From NCBI GenBank assembly GCA_040768745.1, contig JAXGMI010000002.1:480001-544000 (forward strand): DNA of 64,000 bases, written 5' to 3'. The notes under the pieces were generated by a model, which worked only from the letters and a program-made list of their open reading frames with translations, made no database searches and was not told where the DNA came from. Shown piece after piece: positions 20,678 through 31,732 of the stretch. The translations under genes were made by a program, and so were the position numbers. The stretch is from Desulfomicrobium sp. Its GTDB lineage: Bacteria; Desulfobacterota; Desulfovibrionia; Desulfovibrionales; Desulfomicrobiaceae. Each line of letters starts with the position of its first letter. The first letter of the stretch is position 1.

Positions 20678-22309
20678 GTGAAGATGTTGAAAAAAACAGC
20701 ATTCATCAATGGGAAAATCCGGACCATGGATGCTGCGTGCTCTATCCAGGAAGCAGTTCTCATAGAGCAAGACCGCATTGTTGCGGTTGGCACGACATTG
20801 GAAATCCTCGAATTGGCCGGAGACAGTGCAACCGTAATTGATCTGCGGGGATACGCGCTTTTTCCAGGGTTCATTGACACACACAGCCACCTGTCCATGT
20901 TCTCCCTGTGGAGCGATCAGGTCTATTGCGGGGCTGAGGTAGGCAGCGTGGCAGGCGCTTTGGAGCGGCTGCGTGAACGGGCGGCGCAGTGCAAACCCGG
21001 GGACCTTGTTCTTGGATGGGGTTACGATGACTCCATTCTGGCCGAGAACAGGGGGCCCTCGATTCAGGAGCTGGACGCCATCTCCACGGAACTGCCCATC
21101 GTGGTCGTGCATATTTCGGTACATGCCTGCTATGTGAACAGCAAGGCATTGGCATTGTGCGGCATTGGCCCCCATTCAAAAATCCAAGGCGGCGAAGTCG
21201 TCCTGGATGACAGGGGCAATCCCACGGGCCATCTCCTCGAGATGGCGCATTACGAGGCTCTGGGAAAACTTTGTCCGCCCCCGGACAAAGAGCGCCTCCG
21301 CCATGCCCTCCACTCAGGCATAGCCGCATACAATGCCTATGGACTGACAGGAACCCATGAGGCGGGCATCGGTCTCGGAGGAGTGGATGCGGCGCTCTAC
21401 ACAAGACTTCTGCTGGAGATGGAGCAGGCAGGAGAACTCAATATCCGCACGTACTTGTCGTACATGGGAGAAGCTTTCAAGAAAATCGAGGAGACTGGCA
21501 TCGGGACTGGATTCGGAACCAAACAGGTGCGCATCTCCGGCCCCAAACTCTTCAATGATGGGTCCATCCAGGCGCACACGGCAGCCCTCCTCGCGCCCTA
21601 TCATGATCGCCCTGATTTCCAAGCCGGACTGCTCATGAAAGACGGTGAACTCGACCGCCTTGTGGAACACTACCATCGTGAAGGCTATCAGATCGCCTAT
21701 CACGCCAATGGCGATGCGAGCATTGAAGCCATCATCCAGGCCGTGGAAAAAGCACAGAAGAAGTTCCCCCGTCAGGATCCCAGACACATCGTTGTCCATT
21801 GCCAGCTTGCCTCGGACAAACATCTGGAGCGCATGCACAAGGCCGGCATGATCCCATCGTTTTTCGGATTGCACATCTGGTACTATGGGGACCGTCATTT
21901 CGAGAGATTTCTCGGCCCGGAGCGGGCGTCACGCATGGACCCCTCAGGCAGTGCGGTGCGACTGGGCATGCGGCACAGTCTCCACGCGGACTCGCCGGTC
22001 ATGCCTCCGTGGACAATAAAATCCATCCATACCGCCGTTAACCGGACAACGCGAAACGGCAGAACGCTTGGCGAGGACCAGCGCATAAGTGCTGAAGAAG
22101 CTGTCAGGGCGTACACCAGCCATGCCGCCTACTTCCAGTTCAGAGAAAATCAGGTCGGCAGCATAGAGCCGGGGAAGCTGGCCGATTTCGTGCTTCTTTC
22201 CGACGACATCCTGACGATGGCGCCGCAGAAAATAGAAGACACCAAAGTGCTCATGACCGTACTGGGAGGCCAAACAGTCTACGGTGAAATTCCTGCACGA
22301 AATCAATAA
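20678..22309 (+). CDS. Second amidohydrolase, Amidohydro_3 / YtcJ-NfdA-like
   Basis: AGGAGG ribosome-binding site; PGFIDTHSH, KLFNDGS, HANGD, VHCQ and GSIEPGKLADFVLL. Confidence 0.9.
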   Translation: MKMLKKTAFINGKIRTMDAACSIQEAVLIEQDRIVAVGTTLEILELAGDSATVIDLRGYALFPGFIDTHSHLSMFSLWSDQVYCGAEVGSVAGALERLRERAAQCKPGDLVLGWGYDDSILAENRGPSIQELDAISTELPIVVVHISVHACYVNSKALALCGIGPHSKIQGGEVVLDDRGNPTGHLLEMAHYEALGKLCPPPDKERLRHALHSGIAAYNAYGLTGTHEAGIGLGGVDAALYTRLLLEMEQAGELNIRTYLSYMGEAFKKIEETGIGTGFGTKQVRISGPKLFNDGSIQAHTAALLAPYHDRPDFQAGLLMKDGELDRLVEHYHREGYQIAYHANGDASIEAIIQAVEKAQKKFPRQDPRHIVVHCQLASDKHLERMHKAGMIPSFFGLHIWYYGDRHFERFLGPERASRMDPSGSAVRLGMRHSLHADSPVMPPWTIKSIHTAVNRTTRNGRTLGEDQRISAEEAVRAYTSHAAYFQFRENQVGSIEPGKLADFVLLSDDILTMAPQKIEDTKVLMTVLGGQTVYGEIPARNQ

Positions 22310-22345
22310 ATTGCAGCCTATATCGCACTGAAACTTGGGGGATTT

Positions 22346-23566
22346 ATGCACGAACAGCGTCTTTTGGAAAGCCTGAACCGCCTGGCGGAATGCACTGACA
22401 CCCCCGGCGCAGGGGTTACCCGTTTTTCCTGGTCCAATGCGGACAGACAAGCCCGTGCATACATAGAAATAGAGCTCAAATCCATTGGTCTTTGCCCCTG
22501 GACGGACGGGATCGGAAACATCCGGGCCCGTATGAAAGGGAAAGAAAACATACCGCCCGTGATCATGGGCTCTCACCTTGACTCTGTGCGCAACGGAGGG
22601 CGTTACGACGGGGCCTATGGCGTTGTTGCCGCCCTGGAAGTCCTGCGGTCATTTCACGACCAGGGATACACTCCACGCATGGATGTGGAACTCATCGCCT
22701 TTGCCGAAGAGGAAGGTTCGAACTTCGGCTCGACCTGCCTTGGCAGCAAGGCCGTCACCGGGCAGGCCAGCGTGGATGACCTCAAGTTGTTGCGCAGCAA
22801 TACCGGACTGAGCGCGTATCAGGTCTTGAAAGGCTTTGGCCTGAATCCAGACACCCTCCCTCAGGAGCAGATCACGCCTTCATCCGCAACCGCCTACCTG
22901 GAAGTACACATCGAGCAAAACGACGTCCTGGAACGGACAGGCCATTCCCTGGGCATAGTCTCGGCCATTTCGGGGATGCGTCTGCATCGGGTCACCTTGC
23001 ATGGGCATTCTGATCATGCGGCCAGTCCCATGCAGGGCCGGCGCGATCCCATGGCCGGATTCGTCGAGGTGGCCCGGGGCATGAGACAGCTGTGGATGAA
23101 GGGAGTGCTACCCGCTGACTTTTCCTGCACCGTGGGCAGCATAGAATGCTCGCCCAATGTGGGGATTGTCATTCCCCATGTGGTCTCATTTACCGTGGAC
23201 ATCCGGCATGTCGATGTCCCCACCCTCGAAGAGGGCTGGCTGCGCATTGCATCGATCATCGACAAGGTTGCGAAGGAAGAGGGACTCGCCGTGGAGATCA
23301 CCCGGCGTTCCGCCAGCGGAGGAGTGCGCATGTCTCCGGCCATAGGTAATGCCTTCCATGCGGCGGCAGTGAAAAACGACGTGCAGCCGCTTTCCATGAC
23401 GAGCGGCCCGGCTCACGATGCCGCACCCATGGGCATGGTGGTGCCTGCCGGAATGCTTTTCGTGCCAAGTATTGGAGGTTTCAGCCATTGTGAACAGGAA
23501 GAAACAAGTTTCGAGCATCTTGTGTTGGGGGCCAAGGTACTCGAAGACACAGTTCGCGCCTTGTAG
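22346..23566 (+). CDS. M20 Zn hydrolase, allantoate amidohydrolase / N-carbamoyl-amino-acid hydrolase family
   Basis: GSHLDSV..GGRYDGAYGV, EEEG, EVHIEQ, HDA and SH motifs. Confidence 0.9.
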   Translation: MHEQRLLESLNRLAECTDTPGAGVTRFSWSNADRQARAYIEIELKSIGLCPWTDGIGNIRARMKGKENIPPVIMGSHLDSVRNGGRYDGAYGVVAALEVLRSFHDQGYTPRMDVELIAFAEEEGSNFGSTCLGSKAVTGQASVDDLKLLRSNTGLSAYQVLKGFGLNPDTLPQEQITPSSATAYLEVHIEQNDVLERTGHSLGIVSAISGMRLHRVTLHGHSDHAASPMQGRRDPMAGFVEVARGMRQLWMKGVLPADFSCTVGSIECSPNVGIVIPHVVSFTVDIRHVDVPTLEEGWLRIASIIDKVAKEEGLAVEITRRSASGGVRMSPAIGNAFHAAAVKNDVQPLSMTSGPAHDAAPMGMVVPAGMLFVPSIGGFSHCEQEETSFEHLVLGAKVLEDTVRAL

Positions 23567-23651
23567 TAAAGAAGAGAGGATGCGTTGTCATTGTGAGAAA
23601 AAAAAAGTTCATCTGCACCAAAACAACCAAAAATAAAGTATGGAGTACGTC

Positions 23652-24671
23652 ATGAAAAAATGTATGAGCGTCTGTTTGGTATGCGCCTTTGTGCTCTGCA
23701 TGAGTGTTGGTTTTGCCGCAGCGGCGGGCAAGATTCCCGTCATCGTGGCTTCACCAGTTGACATGGCAACCAAGAGTTATGTGGTGATCACCTGGAACCG
23801 GCTCGCTGAACTCGCCAATAAATATTCGGACAACTCTTTCGAGTTCAAAGTGTTTCCCAGCATGCAGCTCGGCGACGAGCAGGAAACTGTGCGTGGCTTA
23901 CAGCAGGGCACCATCCAGATATCCACACTGGCCACAAACAACTTTGGAGTGTTTGCTCCGTCCTGCGGATGGGTGAACATGCCCTATCTGTTCGATTCCC
24001 TGGACCAGTTCCGCCAGATTGTGGACGCCATGTGGGACCAGCACAATGAATGGGCAATCAAGGAAGCCGGCGCGCGCTGCCTTTCCATCGTCGATATCGG
24101 CTTCCGCCAGCTGACCAGTAACGCCAAGTTTCCCGTGCGCAGCTTGGCGGACGCCAAGGGTATGAAGATCCGCACACCGCAGAACCCGCTTATCGTATCC
24201 ACCTTCAAAGCCCTGGGCCTCAATCCCACGGCGGTGTCCTTTGCCGAAACCTTCAATGCCCTGCAGCAGGGCGTGGTGGATGGGCAGGAATGTGCGTACA
24301 ATCTGACCACAACCCTCAAGTTCTATGAAGCACAGAAGTATGGCACAGACATCAATTACGCCGTGCACAGCGCCAACATCATCGTCAACGAAAAATGGCT
24401 GCAGAGCCTTACTGAGAAGCAGCGCGATGCCCTGATCCGTGCAGGTCGCGAAGCCATGGAATACGAGCGGACACAAGTTGCTGGACTGATGGAGGAAGAC
24501 GTCGTTGTCATGAAGAAGCATGGCATGGAACTGCTCGGCAAGCCCACGGATTATGACGAATGGGTCCGCCTTGGTCGCACCGCTTGGCCCAAATGCTACG
24601 AGGTTATCGGCAATGGTGATGCGGCAAAGGGCAAGGCCATCGTGGACCTCGCCCTGTCCAAGAAGAAATAA
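23652..24671 (+). CDS. dctP: TRAP transporter substrate-binding protein (copy 1)
   Basis: Signal peptide, FPSMQLGDE, GFRQLT, GMKIRT and ALQQGVVDGQE. Confidence 0.93.
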   Translation: MKKCMSVCLVCAFVLCMSVGFAAAAGKIPVIVASPVDMATKSYVVITWNRLAELANKYSDNSFEFKVFPSMQLGDEQETVRGLQQGTIQISTLATNNFGVFAPSCGWVNMPYLFDSLDQFRQIVDAMWDQHNEWAIKEAGARCLSIVDIGFRQLTSNAKFPVRSLADAKGMKIRTPQNPLIVSTFKALGLNPTAVSFAETFNALQQGVVDGQECAYNLTTTLKFYEAQKYGTDINYAVHSANIIVNEKWLQSLTEKQRDALIRAGREAMEYERTQVAGLMEEDVVVMKKHGMELLGKPTDYDEWVRLGRTAWPKCYEVIGNGDAAKGKAIVDLALSKKK

Positions 24672-24682
24672 ACTGACTGTTC

Positions 24683-24708
24683 AAGGGGAGGCCACGCCTC
24701 CCCTTTTT
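24683..24708 (+). terminator. Rho-independent terminator-like hairpin after dctP copy 1
   Basis: AAGGGGAGGC-cac-GCCTCCCCTT followed by a T run. Confidence 0.7.
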
Positions 24709-24720
24709 GTGGAGGAACTC

Positions 24721-25230
24721 ATGTCTAAATTTATAACCTGGCTTGATCAATGGGGTGAAGAGTTTTTCGTCTCCATCATGCTGTCATTTCTGATCATACT
24801 GCTCGGTATGGAAGTTGTCAGTCGCTTTATAACCCACCACAGCTTTCCCTGGGTGGAAGAAGTGTGTCGCTACCTGTTCATCTGGTCTTCGTATTTAGGA
24901 GTGGCGATTGCCGTCAAACATAAGGAGCAGATTCGGGTACTTATGATGATGGACTTGATCGACAGACGATTCCCAAAGATTGTCAAAGTATTGTTCGTAA
25001 TTTCCGAACTGGTTTTCGCTGCGTTTTGCATTTTTGTCTTTTACTACAGCATCGGTATGATCCAGAATATGATGCGGTTCAAACAAGTTTCTTCTAGTTT
25101 AGAGATTGACACCATGTATCCCTATCTCATCATTCCCATCAGTATGATTTTAACCGCATTCCGTACGTTACAGTCCCTGCGGCGTGATTTGAAATTCGGC
25201 ACTCTCCACTTCGAAGCCAGGGGGGATTAG
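24721..25230 (+). CDS. dctQ: TRAP transporter small permease
   Basis: GGAGG ribosome-binding site; WVEEVCRYLFIW and about 4 transmembrane segments. Confidence 0.9.
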   Translation: MSKFITWLDQWGEEFFVSIMLSFLIILLGMEVVSRFITHHSFPWVEEVCRYLFIWSSYLGVAIAVKHKEQIRVLMMMDLIDRRFPKIVKVLFVISELVFAAFCIFVFYYSIGMIQNMMRFKQVSSSLEIDTMYPYLIIPISMILTAFRTLQSLRRDLKFGTLHFEARGD

Positions 25231-25232
25231 AC

Positions 25233-26501
25233 ATGGTTCTCGTCATTTCATTTATTGTATTCATGTTTCTGGGCCTCCCACTGTTCGGTGTTATTGGCCT
25301 GGCCACCCTCCTATCTCTGTCCGGAACGCCCTTTCCCATGGAGTTCCTCCCCCAGAATCTCTACACAGGCATGGACCAGTTTCCACTGATCGCCACCATC
25401 GGCTTTGTCATGGCCGGGTTCCTCATGGAACCAGCCGGCATCACCGGTCAGATCATCGAAGTGGCCAAAAAAGCCGTGGGGGGAGTCACTGGGGGTCTGT
25501 TCATGGTGACCATTCTGGCCTGCATGATCTTCGCGGCCCTGAGCGGTTCTGGACCGGCCACCACCGCGGCCATCGGGAGCATTATGATTCCCGGAATGAT
25601 CAGCGCCGGATACCGCAAGGATGATGCCGCGGCTGCATCCGCCACTGGCGGAACCCTTGGCATTCTCATCCCTCCCAGCAACCCCATGATCATCTACGGC
25701 GTCGTGGCCAACTGCTCCATTGCCGGCCTGTTCATGGCGGGATTCGTTCCCGGTTTTGTGCTGACCACGTTCATGTGCATTACATCCTATTTCATCGCAA
25801 AAAAACGCGGCTATGGATCAATGAGCCAGAAGTTTTCCCTGCTGGCGCTGGGAAAGGCCATCTGGGACGGCAAATGGGCCCTCGCCACGCCAGTTATCAT
25901 CCTGGGAGGCATCTATGGTGGGATATTCACACCCACCGAAGCTGCGGAAGTGGGCGTCATCTGGACTTTGATCGTCGGACTCTTGGTCTACCGCAAGCTG
26001 ACCTGGAGGAACATTTCCTCCGCCCTGGTCCGCACCGCCGCCTTTGCCGGCTCCGCCACTGTGCTCGTGGGTGTTTCCATGGCTTTTTCGCGCCTGCTGA
26101 CCCTTTACGAGATCCCGCAGACCGTGGGTGCGTTTCTCGCGTCCATCTCCACAGACCCGACCATCACCCTGCTGCTCATCGCCTTTTTCATCTTCCTGTG
26201 CGGCTTCGTAGCAGACACCCTGGCCATGGTCGTGGTATTGGCTCCTGTGTTCCTGCCCATCACCAACGCCCTGGGCATCCACCCCATCCAGCTGGGCATT
26301 TTGTTTGTGGTCTGCTGCGAAACAGGATTCCTGACCCCGCCTTTTGGCGCGAACCTGTTCATCACCATGAAAATCACGGACGTGACGCTTGAATCTGTGG
26401 CAATGCGGGCCTTGCCCTATTTATTGGTCATTTGGCTGCTCATCTTCATTATTGCTGCATTCCCGCAATTCACCATGTTTCTGCCGAAACTGCTGCTCTG
26501 A
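25233..26501 (+). CDS. dctM: TRAP transporter large permease
   Basis: ALSGSGPAT, GILIPPS, GIFTPTEAA and TPPFGANLF. Confidence 0.95.
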   Translation: MVLVISFIVFMFLGLPLFGVIGLATLLSLSGTPFPMEFLPQNLYTGMDQFPLIATIGFVMAGFLMEPAGITGQIIEVAKKAVGGVTGGLFMVTILACMIFAALSGSGPATTAAIGSIMIPGMISAGYRKDDAAAASATGGTLGILIPPSNPMIIYGVVANCSIAGLFMAGFVPGFVLTTFMCITSYFIAKKRGYGSMSQKFSLLALGKAIWDGKWALATPVIILGGIYGGIFTPTEAAEVGVIWTLIVGLLVYRKLTWRNISSALVRTAAFAGSATVLVGVSMAFSRLLTLYEIPQTVGAFLASISTDPTITLLLIAFFIFLCGFVADTLAMVVVLAPVFLPITNALGIHPIQLGILFVVCCETGFLTPPFGANLFITMKITDVTLESVAMRALPYLLVIWLLIFIIAAFPQFTMFLPKLLL

Positions 26502-26577
26502 TGAACACTGAAAAATCCGTACAGGCAAAGAGCGTATGTATATGTACACAAATAACCAATTAAGAATGGAGGATTGC

Positions 26578-27597
26578 ATGAAAAAAATTATGAGCGTCTG
26601 CTTGGTATGCGTCTTTGTGCTCTGCATGAGTGTTGGTTTTGCCGCAGCGGCGGGCAAGATTCCTGTCATCGTGGCTTCGTCTGTGGACACAAGCGAGCAG
26701 AACTACATGAACCTCACCTACAACAGGTTCACTGAACTCGCCAACAAGTACTCGAATAACGCATTCGAATTCAAACTGTTTCCCAGCATGCAGCTCGGCG
26801 ACGAGCAGGAGAGCGTGCGCGGCATGCAGCAGGGCACTATCCAAATAGCCATGCTCGCCACCAACAACTTTGCGGTCTTCGCCCCTTCCTGCGGATGGGT
26901 GAACATGCCCTACCTGTTTGATTCCCTGGAACAGTTCCGTCAGCTTGTGGACGCGATGTGGGACCAGCACAACGAATGGGCAATCAAGGAAGGCGGATCG
27001 CGCGCCCTCGCCATTCTCGACATCGGCTTTCGCCAGTTGACCACCAGCGCCAAGTACCCTGTCCGCACCCTTCAGGACGCCAAGGGGATCAAAATCCGCA
27101 CCCCGCAGAATCCCCTCATGGTTTCCACCTTTAAAGCCCTTGGCCTCAATCCCACGGCGGTGTCCTTTGCAGAGACCTTCAACGCCCTGCAGCAGGGTGT
27201 TGTCGATGGACAGGAAGGATGTTTCAATAACGTCGTGACCCTCAAGTTCTACGAGGCCCAGAAGTACGCGACGGAAATCAACTATTCCGTGCACAGCGCC
27301 AACATCATCACCAGTGAAAAATGGCTGCAGGGCCTGACTGACACCCAGCGCAACGCCCTTGTCCGAGCGGGCCGTGAGGCCATGGAATACGAGCGTACCA
27401 AGGTGGCTGGCATGCTCGAAACTGACAACAAGCTGATGAAGGAACACGGTATGGAACTGCTCGGCACGGTCAAAGACATAGACGAGTGGATTCGCCTTGG
27501 CCGCACCGCATGGCCCAAATGCTATGAAGTCATCGGCGGCGGCGATGCGGCAAAAGGCAAGGCCATCGTGGACCTCGCCCTGTCCAAGAAGAAATAA
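26578..27597 (+). CDS. dctP: TRAP transporter substrate-binding protein (copy 2, paralog of 23652-24671)
   Basis: Same length (339 aa) and collinear with copy 1; GGAGG ribosome-binding site. Confidence 0.93.
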   Translation: MKKIMSVCLVCVFVLCMSVGFAAAAGKIPVIVASSVDTSEQNYMNLTYNRFTELANKYSNNAFEFKLFPSMQLGDEQESVRGMQQGTIQIAMLATNNFAVFAPSCGWVNMPYLFDSLEQFRQLVDAMWDQHNEWAIKEGGSRALAILDIGFRQLTTSAKYPVRTLQDAKGIKIRTPQNPLMVSTFKALGLNPTAVSFAETFNALQQGVVDGQEGCFNNVVTLKFYEAQKYATEINYSVHSANIITSEKWLQGLTDTQRNALVRAGREAMEYERTKVAGMLETDNKLMKEHGMELLGTVKDIDEWIRLGRTAWPKCYEVIGGGDAAKGKAIVDLALSKKK

Positions 27598-27607
27598 ACT
27601 GACTGTT

Positions 27608-27636
27608 CAAAAGGGGAGGCTTGGCCTCCCCTTTTC
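27608..27636 (+). terminator. Rho-independent terminator after dctP copy 2
   Basis: AAAAGGGGAGGC-ttg-GCCTCCCCTTTT. Confidence 0.8.
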
Positions 27637-27885
27637 ACATACAACTATCTGAAGATACAGAAAATTTATTCTGACTTTTCTGGAGATGACAGTCTTGATG
27701 TCTTTATTCCTGTAAAAAACCAAAACTCTTTCCTGCCAATGGCAAAAGAATAGGCTTCGCAAGATCCTTGGACCGGTACTCCCGAGCCTTGGACATGCGA
27801 GCTGCATTCCCAACCCTCCCCGCTTTGACCACACGCAGGCCAAACACCCCCAGAACTAACGCATTGACCAGCAAGACTTCCATGA

Positions 27886-29079
<1,194 letters not shown>

Positions 29080-29083
29080 ACCC

Positions 29084-30091
29084 ATGAACGAGAATCGTCG
29101 CACGCGCGCATGGGCTGTCATGGCAGCAGCAGCCCTTCTTTCCATCTATGTGGCCCTGTTTTTCGGGTCATATCCGCTGACGGCCGGGGCCATCCACGAG
29201 GCCCTTGCCTCCTGGTTTCATGGCGGCGCGGACACGCAAGCCATGGTCATCGTCCGCGACATACGCCTGGGACGCGTTCTGCTCTCCTTCCTGACCGGTT
29301 CGGCCCTGGCCGTTTCCGGCGCGGTTTTCCAGGGACTGCTGCGCAACCCCTTGGCCGACCCCTTCACCCTCGGCATCTCCAGTGGAGCCGCCTGCGCAGC
29401 TGCCCTGGCCCTGGCCCTGGGCTGGACTCTGCCCGGTCTTTCCACCCTCCCTCTCGTCGCCCTGACCGGAGCCTTCGCGGCCATGTTCATGGTCCTGGCC
29501 CTCAGCAGACTGGCCGGGGGTTTTTCCCGCGAAAACCTGGTCTTGGCAGGGATTGTGGTCTCCACCTTTCTGGGAGCCATCATCGCCCTGATCAAATCCC
29601 TGAACGAGGAGTCGGTCTCGGCCATCGTCTTCTGGATCCTGGGAAGCTTCCAGGGCCGCGGATTCGAGCATGTCCAGCTGATGCTCCCCTATCTCGTCCC
29701 GGGCATGGCCCTGGTCCTCGGCTTCGCCCGCGAACTGGACATCCTGGCGTTGGGGGCCGAACAGGCGGTTCAGGTCGGGGTCGCCGTGGCACGGGTCCGC
29801 ATCGCGCTCCTGATCGGAGCAGGCATGCTGACCGCCGCCGCTGTCTGCGTTTCCGGCATCATCGGCTTCGTCGGACTTGTCGTCCCGCACCTGGTCCGCA
29901 TGCTCATGGGACCGGAATCCCGGCCCATGCTCCTCTTCTCGGCCCTCGGAGGAGGGGTCCTGCTGCTGTGGTCCGACGTCATGGCCCGAACCATCCTGCA
30001 TCACGGCGCGGAGCTACCCGTGGGGGTGGTCACGGCACTTTTCGGGGCCCCCTTCTTCTGCCTGATCATGGCGCGGGGGCGCCGGACATGA
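29084..30091 (+). CDS. FecCD/BtuC-family ABC permease
   Basis: RNPLADPFTLGISSGA, GIIGFVGLVVPH and ELPVGVVTALFGAP. Confidence 0.93.
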   Translation: MNENRRTRAWAVMAAAALLSIYVALFFGSYPLTAGAIHEALASWFHGGADTQAMVIVRDIRLGRVLLSFLTGSALAVSGAVFQGLLRNPLADPFTLGISSGAACAAALALALGWTLPGLSTLPLVALTGAFAAMFMVLALSRLAGGFSRENLVLAGIVVSTFLGAIIALIKSLNEESVSAIVFWILGSFQGRGFEHVQLMLPYLVPGMALVLGFARELDILALGAEQAVQVGVAVARVRIALLIGAGMLTAAAVCVSGIIGFVGLVVPHLVRMLMGPESRPMLLFSALGGGVLLLWSDVMARTILHHGAELPVGVVTALFGAPFFCLIMARGRRT

Positions 30092-30876
30092 CGATGGGAA
30101 AAATGGTCCACGTAGAGGGGCTCTGCGCCGGATACGACGGACAACAGGTGTTGCACGACCTGACTCTGAACGTGTCCCGGGGCGAATTCATGGCCATCCT
30201 CGGACCCAACGGAAGCGGCAAGACCACTCTCCTCCGCGCCCTGTCGGGCGTGCTTTCCTCGGTCAAAGGCAGCATCCACATCGCAGACCAGGACACTTGC
30301 CGTCTGTCGGCCAGAGGCCGGGCCAGACTCTGCGCCACGGTGGCCCAGAAAAACCCCGACCTGTCCGCATTGCAGGTCCTGTCCCTGGTGCTCATGGGCC
30401 GCTATCCGCACATCGCCTTCCTGGGCGGCTACTCCGATGCGGACCATGACTGCGCCAGGCGAGCCATGCAGGAAACGAGCTCCCTGCACCTGAGGAGCAG
30501 ACATGCCGGCACCCTGTCCGGGGGTGAACTGCAGAGGGTCATCATGGCCAAGGCCCTGGCCCAGGACACGGAGCTGCTGCTTCTGGACGAGGCGGCATCC
30601 AACCTGGACGTGGCCAGGACCGTGGACCTCTACGAGCTGCTGCGGGCCCGAAACCTCAATGGTCTGACCATCCTGACCGTTGCCCACGACCTGAACCTGG
30701 CCGCCCTCTATTGCCGACGGCTCGTCTTTTTGAAAGGGGGCCGGATCGTGGCCGACGGCCCGACCCAAGAAATTTTTACGTCCCATCTCCTGAGCGATAT
30801 CTATGAAACACCCATTGCCGTGGTTCCGCACCCCATCACCGGGGCTCCTCAGGCTCATCTGCTGCCTCGTGCTTGA
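30088..30876 (+). CDS. ABC ATPase (FepC/BtuD-like)
   Basis: GPNGSGKT, LSGGELQR, LLLDE and HDLNLA. Confidence 0.93.
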   Translation: MTMGKMVHVEGLCAGYDGQQVLHDLTLNVSRGEFMAILGPNGSGKTTLLRALSGVLSSVKGSIHIADQDTCRLSARGRARLCATVAQKNPDLSALQVLSLVLMGRYPHIAFLGGYSDADHDCARRAMQETSSLHLRSRHAGTLSGGELQRVIMAKALAQDTELLLLDEAASNLDVARTVDLYELLRARNLNGLTILTVAHDLNLAALYCRRLVFLKGGRIVADGPTQEIFTSHLLSDIYETPIAVVPHPITGAPQAHLLPRA

Positions 30877-31732
30877 GCTCTGCCTGCTCGGTCTGCCGGC
30901 TGGGGCCGAAGTGGCAGTGACCGACGACCAGGGCAGGATGGTCCGCCTGCACCAACCCGCCGGCCGGATCATCGCCTTGTACGGCGCGTTCAATGAAATT
31001 CTGGCCGACCTGGGACAGGCGGAGCTGATCGTGGCCCGCACCGCGGCGGACGAACTTCCGGCGTCCATCCTCTGCAAGCCATCCATCGGCACACATCTGC
31101 GCCCCAATGCGGAGTTGATCCTGGCCCTGCGGCCTGATCTGGTCCTGCAGCTCGGTGGCCGCAGCGAAGCCATGGAGCCGGTGCGGTTTCTTGAAGAGCG
31201 GGGGTTGACCGTGGCTGTCTTTGACATGGAAAATTTCCCCCAGCTTTTCTCCACTATGGAACGCATCGGCACCTTGACTGGATGCGAACACGCAGCCAAG
31301 GAGCAGGTCGCGACCATGCGCGCCGAGTTGGAGCGCATCCGGTCCTCCCGGACCGGAACACGGCCAAGAATTTTTTTCGAGGTCCGCTATCCCAACCTGT
31401 TGGCCGCTGGACAGGAATCCATCGTGTCCGAAATAATGAGCCTGGCAGGAGGAATCAACTGCGTGCAGATCCCGAACAAACTGGTCCGGCTGGGCGAGGA
31501 GGAAGTCCTGCGACTCGACCCGGACATCTACCTCATGCAGCACGGTCCCATGAATCCAATCCCCGTCCCCCTACCGGAACGGCCTTTTTTCCGCACCCTG
31601 TCCAGCCTGCGCGAGGGCCAGTTTTTTGTCGTGGACCAGGGGGTGTTTTCCCGGCCCGGTCCGCGCAGCCTGGAGGCCGTGCGGCAGCTTTCCCGAATCG
31701 TTCACGGGTGGCAGAACAGGAGCAGACCATGA
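30803..31732 (+). CDS. Periplasmic binding protein (BtuF/FepB-like)
   Basis: VTDDQGRMV, PNAELILALRPDLV and SRPGPR; start uncertain. Confidence 0.88.
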   Translation: MKHPLPWFRTPSPGLLRLICCLVLELCLLGLPAGAEVAVTDDQGRMVRLHQPAGRIIALYGAFNEILADLGQAELIVARTAADELPASILCKPSIGTHLRPNAELILALRPDLVLQLGGRSEAMEPVRFLEERGLTVAVFDMENFPQLFSTMERIGTLTGCEHAAKEQVATMRAELERIRSSRTGTRPRIFFEVRYPNLLAAGQESIVSEIMSLAGGINCVQIPNKLVRLGEEEVLRLDPDIYLMQHGPMNPIPVPLPERPFFRTLSSLREGQFFVVDQGVFSRPGPRSLEAVRQLSRIVHGWQNRSRP

